Shown one piece after another: positions 59,385-64,000 of a stretch of 64,000 bases of DNA (positions are counted from its first letter, which is position 1; every line of letters begins with the position of its first letter). This DNA is from Verrucomicrobiia bacterium. GTDB lineage: Bacteria > Verrucomicrobiota > Verrucomicrobiia > Limisphaerales > UBA11358. The stretch spans positions 2,368 to 66,367 of the forward strand of contig JARLJW010000094.1 of the NCBI GenBank assembly GCA_031290985.1. Reading direction: 5' to 3'. Position numbers and translations under genes: made by a program. Below the pieces are notes generated by a model that worked only from the letters and a program-made list of their open reading frames with translations, was not told the origin of the DNA and made no database searches.

Positions 59385-59910
59385 GACAATCCGCATCGGT
59401 CAAGCCGGCTTCTGCAACACCAGATAAAAATACTTTTCCATCCTACAGCCTAGGAACTTTTTGGGGGAAAGTGTGGAATATGTTGTTTTATTTTCTGGAA
59501 ATTTTTTGAACCTACAATCTTCCGGCGGGTCGTCAGGTCGGTTTTCCGGCCGGCTTGCATCGATTGCTGGCTCCATGACAGAACTGTAAAGTGACCTGCG
59601 CCGGCAAATCTTCAGGTGCCTGCCGGGACGGCCCAATCTACTGTATCACCCAAGGGCCATAATTACCGGACCAAAGTTCGACAGAGGATGGTCCACGGTC
59701 AATCAACTCTGGCACTATGAGGAGAAGCAATCCGCTCCTTGTTGTTCGTGCTGAAAATCACTTCGACTCGAAGCCAATCGCCGTATTTTAGGTTACAGCA
59801 CATGCCTGAACCACCGCAGCTAAAGTAATTACCAGTCCGGCGGGGTCTGCACCTCGCGCTTCGACCTACGGATGATAAACAGCACGTGATATCGAATCAG
59901 TCTCCCGGCC

Positions 59911-59924
59911 ATCCAAGGCTCCAC
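59911..59924 (+). repeat. Direct repeat of the tRNA-Ala 3' end (TCCAAGGCTCCACC versus TCCTAGGCTCCACC at 59311..59324)
   Basis: 13 of 14 nt are identical, exactly 600 nt downstream of the corresponding tRNA positions. Confidence 0.4.
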
Positions 59925-60259
59925 CGTGAAAAAGCCGATGGCCGCCGACACCTCCCAATGCGTTTTCAAGAAATCCCTCCCCGTCATTCCCACCGTTGCA
60001 CTGGGGCTGGCTCCCTTTCCGTCGACCGCAACACGTTGGCGATTGTTCCCCTGCCCGCTTCATGGCGGAGATGTTCACCTGATCTTTTTCAGCGGCGGAC
60101 GCAAAACCGAAACACCCATGCAAAATGGAGTATCTGGTCAGCAAAAAGTGCATGATCCAGATGGCCGATAAACAGGCCGCGCTTCGTGCCCCACGGCTAA
60201 AATCGGGCCCAGATCCCGAAACCGCTATTAATCAATGAACCATGCTTCGAGCCACCGCA

Positions 60260-60922
60260 CTAAACTGCAGCTGGTTTTGAGGCGTTTGCTGAATTGCTGC
60301 GGAGATATTTGGCTGCCGCTTCAGTGCGGCAATGAACGTGCAGCTTTTCGTATATGTGCATCAGGTGCGTCCGGACGGTGCCGCTGCTGATTAAAAGCTT
60401 TGAGGCAATCTCTTTGTTCGGGCAACCCTCTGCAATCAGTGCTAGGATTTCCAACTCCCGGTCTGAAAGTTGATCCGTGCCTTCAGCCACGGGAATTGGG
60501 GGCGAGTCCGCAAAAGCGCGCACTACCATCCGCGCGATTTCGCTCGTCATGGGAGCACCGCCCGTCCGTACTTCGGCGATGGCCGCCAGAATTTCACTCT
60601 CTGGCGCTCGCTTTAAGACATAGCCGCAGGCACCGGCTTTAAGGGCTTGAAAAATCGTTTTAATATCCTTGTAAACAGTCAGCATGATGACCTGTAAATC
60701 GGGCATTTTTTCACGCAAACGCGCCGTGCAGGCAATGCCAGATTCGCCAGGAAGATGGATGTCCATAAGCACCACATTGGGGCGGTGTTTGGGAATCTCC
60801 AAAATTGCTTCCTCAGCGGAAACGCAAGTGCACACGCATTTGTGGCCAGACTTGCTGCCAATCAGTCCTGCGAGATATTTTCGCAGTGTGGCATTATCTT
60901 CAACAATGGCGACTTTTGTCAT
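60260..60922 (-). CDS. NarL/LuxR-family response regulator
   Basis: Receiver domain (VAIVEDN...VVLMDIHLPGESG) plus a C-terminal LuxR HTH (LSDRELEILALIAEGCPNKEIASKLLISSGTVRTHLMHIYEKL). ATG 60922 is preferred over 60961. Confidence 0.9.
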   Translation of the reverse strand: MTKVAIVEDNATLRKYLAGLIGSKSGHKCVCTCVSAEEAILEIPKHRPNVVLMDIHLPGESGIACTARLREKMPDLQVIMLTVYKDIKTIFQALKAGACGYVLKRAPESEILAAIAEVRTGGAPMTSEIARMVVRAFADSPPIPVAEGTDQLSDRELEILALIAEGCPNKEIASKLLISSGTVRTHLMHIYEKLHVHCRTEAAAKYLRSNSANASKPAAV

Positions 60923-61056
60923 CAAATCAGACTCAATAAATTGTGCCAATTGTGCAGTCATGTCATCAATTCAACCGGAATATTTTTTACTCCGAATTGG
61001 TGACATTCTAGATTACCTGCATTCAAAAGGCATCCGATAAACGTCGTATGCGGGTT

Positions 61057-64000
61057 TTATGGTTTGTCCGTTTTATCAAGGCTTGCTTCCTTGGTTGCCC
61101 CGAGCGGCAGGCGGAATTTGACAAGCGTTCCCCCATCAGCTTTTGATTCCAGCTTGCAATGGCCTCCCAGTTTCTGCAACCGGGCGGACAAATTCTTCAG
61201 GCCGTGGCCGTCGCTGGGTGATTCATTCTCCAGCCCTTTCCCATTATCGGCAATGTTAATCTCAAGGCAACTGTCAGCCATGTCCATGCCAAATTCAACT
61301 TCCGTTGCCCCAGCATGTCGCACAATGTTATTGAACGCCTCCTTAACCGCCATCAAAACTTCATGTCGCACACGGCCCTCAAGGGTGACGGCGGGAAATG
61401 ATACCGGCACCTTGAACCGGCAGGCGATGGAGGTGTGTGCGAAAAACTCCTCCGCATAGCCGCTCAAATAGTCGGCCAGCGATTGGAGCGAGTTGTCTTC
61501 CGGGTCCACAGCCCAGACGATTACGTCGAGCGCCGAGACGAGTAGGCGAGCCTTGGCGCCGATGGTCTGAAACAGATTGGGTTGATGATCCGCGCTGGTT
61601 TGCCGAAACTGGCCCGTGCTGGCCAGCACGCTGATTTCCGTCAAGCTTGAACCTAGATCGTCGTGCAAATCTCGCGCAATGCGGGAGCGCTCGGCTTCGA
61701 GGGCATGCTGGTGTTGGACGCGCTCGCGTTCGCGGGTTTCGTGCTGAAGTTGGTTGGTGCGTTGCTCCACGAGCCGGCGCAATTGCCGGTTCCAAATCAC
61801 CGTCGAAGCCAAAATCACCAGCAAGACTCCCACCAGGATCAACAATCGCTGCAGCGTCCACCAGGATGGCTGTGAGAGAACGACAATGTCAGCCGGTGAA
61901 TTCAGCAGCAGATCAAAGGATTCTGCCGCCGTGCTCAAAAGCGGATCGCGACCGCGCCGGACATAAACCCCGGTGAGCCCGAGACTGCTGTCGGCGCGCA
62001 GAGAGGAAAAATTGGATTTTCCCGGCGCAAGTCGTGCCAGGTATAAACGGGTGCCCGATTGCATTTCCAAAACCTGTGCGCCCTGTTCAAAATGCCAGCC
62101 GAGCAATTGGCCCTGCATCCGCAGCCGGGTTGAGTCCAAATCTTCCCGCGTCAACTCGGTTTCGGCGAGTTGTTTTGGCGCCGGCAACGCCGCCGCCCCG
62201 GTTTTCCGAAGGATGACTTCACGCATCAGCAACGCCGTTCTGCCAATGTCCGGATACCCGACGGCTTCGACCAAATCACCGGCGTGTAAATCCGTTTTTC
62301 CCGCCGGCAGCAGCCGGAGTCCTGCCCCATCTGCTTGCAAATAAATTAGCGTCGCATCCGCGTATACAATTTGCCCCCGCACTTTCACCGGGAGGAAAGA
62401 TGTGGCTTGTGCGTCAAACAACAAGAGTTCACGTGGCGTTCTTACCATGGCATCGAATGGATCTGCCGGCGCGGGAACATCCACGCTGACCGTGGAACTG
62501 CGCATCATAACCTGGCCGACGCGGACTTCGCGCGTCGTTGCGTCCCACACCGCGTACAGCACGCCACGAATCCTTACATTGGCTCTTAGAAAGGGCTTGA
62601 GGTCAGATTCAAAAGAACCCTCCAACTCCACATCGAGACGGCCATCAGGCAAATAAAGGCTGATCGTGTTGCTGTGAACATCAGTAACCAACCCCTTCAA
62701 CTCGGCCCACTGAACGTCCCGGCTGCCATTGAGAAGTTCAGTCCAAGTGGGGCTGACGGGCGGAGGCAGTAATCCTTCACCCAGGCGGGTGGCTTTGCTG
62801 GAAAGGATGGTGGGGGCGAAATCTCCCGCTGCGCTGTGGCCCTCCACTTCCCACAACTCACCAAACGCAGGAGCTGCGTTTGAAATCGCGCTCAATGATA
62901 CAAATATTCCGCGGGTGTCGTCCTGAAAAGACATCCAGTGTTCCTGGGCCGTTTTGATTGCTCCGGTCACCACCCCACGTATCCGCACCGGCAGGGACTG
63001 CCGGGCGCGTTCAATGGGCAGGCTTTGCACTTGGGCCACCGATGTAATCGGAAGCGTCGGTTCACCCCGGCCAAACGGGTGTTCAAGGATTACGAGATCC
63101 CTGCCGCTGGCCGCGAACAGCTTCCCCAATTGCAGCGTCTGATCCGAGGTCATCACCCCGCGCCCCATCCCAGTTATCCGGACGCGGGCATTGAGCAGGT
63201 TGGACAAGTCCAATCCCGTTGCGTCGGCCAGTCTGACAGAAATGACGTGCTGGGCACTGTTCAGATCAAACCTGACGCCTTCCCCGGTTTTGGAGACAAA
63301 GCTGATGCGTCCCTCGGTCACCATCCAGCAGCGCTCGTCCAAATTCGTCAGGTTGATCGCCAAATTCTGGCCGGGTGGCGGTTCCGAAGCATTGTTGCGT
63401 CCCAGGCTGACGACCGGCACGTTTAAATCGCCGAGATACAACACCGCCCCGTCATCTGACATGACCGTGAACTGGTAGCGTCCGGCACGAGGCACGTCCA
63501 AAAATCCGGAGTATTGGATGCCAACACCTTCGTCGCGGGACCTGAAGTTCAGGTCGAAATTGGTCGCTTGGCCGGTTTTGACCGGTTGAAGCAGATTGAA
63601 ATCCGGGAGCGTTTCCCATAAACCTTCATAGCATTCCGCTCTCAGCCCAGGCAGGAAGTTGGTGGCGCCGGACTCGGTGACGACCGCGTGCCAGAGATTA
63701 GAAGATCCGATCAACCGTGGCGGTTCATTCGGAACCGCCCATCGCACTTCCAGCGCGAAGTATCGCCAATAATTGAACCACTCCACGCGCAGGGGGATTT
63801 TTCCGGCCGGCAATTTCACCTCTCCGATCGCAGCCTTTGACGCGTGCAAACCGTCGTTAACGACGACCGGCCGGGCAGAAATCTCAATCCCCATTTCGCG
63901 TTTGCGCAACAGGCAAGAGCGGTGGCGGATGCGGATTTGCTCTCCGGGCACGATCTCCCGCCCAAAGTCGCCAACTTGCAGCAGCTCAACTCCCGTCTCG
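61057..64000 (-). CDS. Sensor histidine kinase (HisKA_3/NarX-LiaS type) with a large extracytoplasmic region containing PA14-like domain(s). The N-terminus lies beyond the window.
   Basis: The frame stays open upstream of the track start (GTG 63951) to the window end. PA14-like LRAECYEGLWETLPDFN...YSGFLDVPRAGRYQFTVMSDDGAVLYLGD. TM segment WWTLQRLLILVGVLLVILASTVIW. H-box RIARDLHDDLGSSLT. ATP-binding ADNGKGL...GHGLKNL. Confidence 0.85.
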   Translation of the reverse strand, partial: ETGVELLQVGDFGREIVPGEQIRIRHRSCLLRKREMGIEISARPVVVNDGLHASKAAIGEVKLPAGKIPLRVEWFNYWRYFALEVRWAVPNEPPRLIGSSNLWHAVVTESGATNFLPGLRAECYEGLWETLPDFNLLQPVKTGQATNFDLNFRSRDEGVGIQYSGFLDVPRAGRYQFTVMSDDGAVLYLGDLNVPVVSLGRNNASEPPPGQNLAINLTNLDERCWMVTEGRISFVSKTGEGVRFDLNSAQHVISVRLADATGLDLSNLLNARVRITGMGRGVMTSDQTLQLGKLFAASGRDLVILEHPFGRGEPTLPITSVAQVQSLPIERARQSLPVRIRGVVTGAIKTAQEHWMSFQDDTRGIFVSLSAISNAAPAFGELWEVEGHSAAGDFAPTILSSKATRLGEGLLPPPVSPTWTELLNGSRDVQWAELKGLVTDVHSNTISLYLPDGRLDVELEGSFESDLKPFLRANVRIRGVLYAVWDATTREVRVGQVMMRSSTVSVDVPAPADPFDAMVRTPRELLLFDAQATSFLPVKVRGQIVYADATLIYLQADGAGLRLLPAGKTDLHAGDLVEAVGYPDIGRTALLMREVILRKTGAAALPAPKQLAETELTREDLDSTRLRMQGQLLGWHFEQGAQVLEMQSGTRLYLARLAPGKSNFSSLRADSSLGLTGVYVRRGRDPLLSTAAESFDLLLNSPADIVVLSQPSWWTLQRLLILVGVLLVILASTVIWNRQLRRLVEQRTNQLQHETRERERVQHQHALEAERSRIARDLHDDLGSSLTEISVLASTGQFRQTSADHQPNLFQTIGAKARLLVSALDVIVWAVDPEDNSLQSLADYLSGYAEEFFAHTSIACRFKVPVSFPAVTLEGRVRHEVLMAVKEAFNNIVRHAGATEVEFGMDMADSCLEINIADNGKGLENESPSDGHGLKNLSARLQKLGGHCKLESKADGGTLVKFRLPLGATKEASLDKTDKP

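Noticed and set aside
59866-60171. ORFs of 81-95 aa (59866..60153 minus; 59886..60155 and 59926..60171 plus) in the tRNA-adjacent gap
   Set aside because: They mutually overlap on both strands, have no motifs and show odd composition. They are more likely non-coding or decayed sequence. I kept them only as part of the tRNA-adjacent observation.

Overview
High-GC bacterial chromosome segment, roughly 60% by eye (not computed). It most resembles a Verrucomicrobiota/PVC-type genome: two DUF1559 prepilin-like proteins, a giant LamG/Big_2 array protein, and REP-like intergenic elements. I support about 40 protein genes, one tRNA-Ala(CGC), several intrinsic terminators and several repeat classes. 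The ORF track uses GTG/TTG as M, so several starts were re-set to the first plausible ATG. There are three main blocks. (1) 1..15136, all on the minus strand and tightly coupled: DUF1559 protein, Zn-alcohol dehydrogenase, Gfo/Idh/MocA oxidoreductase, a complete sugar ABC importer, a glycyl-radical-enzyme activase, an atypically short glycyl radical enzyme (GRE), and two paralogous GH51-like hydrolases. The GRE pair inside a carbohydrate operon is the most interesting item. (2) 15598..26194: a membrane SGNH-TPR protein with an SxtK-like/carbamoyltransferase/SxtJ-like trio, then a 1844-aa secreted LamG-Big_2-Ig array with about 1.19-kb tandem intragenic repeats. (3) 27896..46142: a minus-strand pentose/arabinan super-operon (ROK regulator, xylA, araA, GH51, GH127, araB, araD, galM, Na+/sugar symporter, orphan ABC ATPase, GH27). 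It is interrupted between araB and araD by a low-GC 177-aa ORF flanked by a perfect 25-bp inverted repeat. The right third holds a TlpA-like oxidoreductase, GH105, two ABC-2 (DUF990-type) permease cistrons separated by 7.9 kb of unrelated genes, trxB, tRNA-Ala followed by a non-coding gap, and a NarL-type regulator with a PA14-domain sensor kinase. I saw no CRISPR array, transposase, integrase, rRNA or recognisable defence system. All family assignments come from motif recognition by eye, not database searches.
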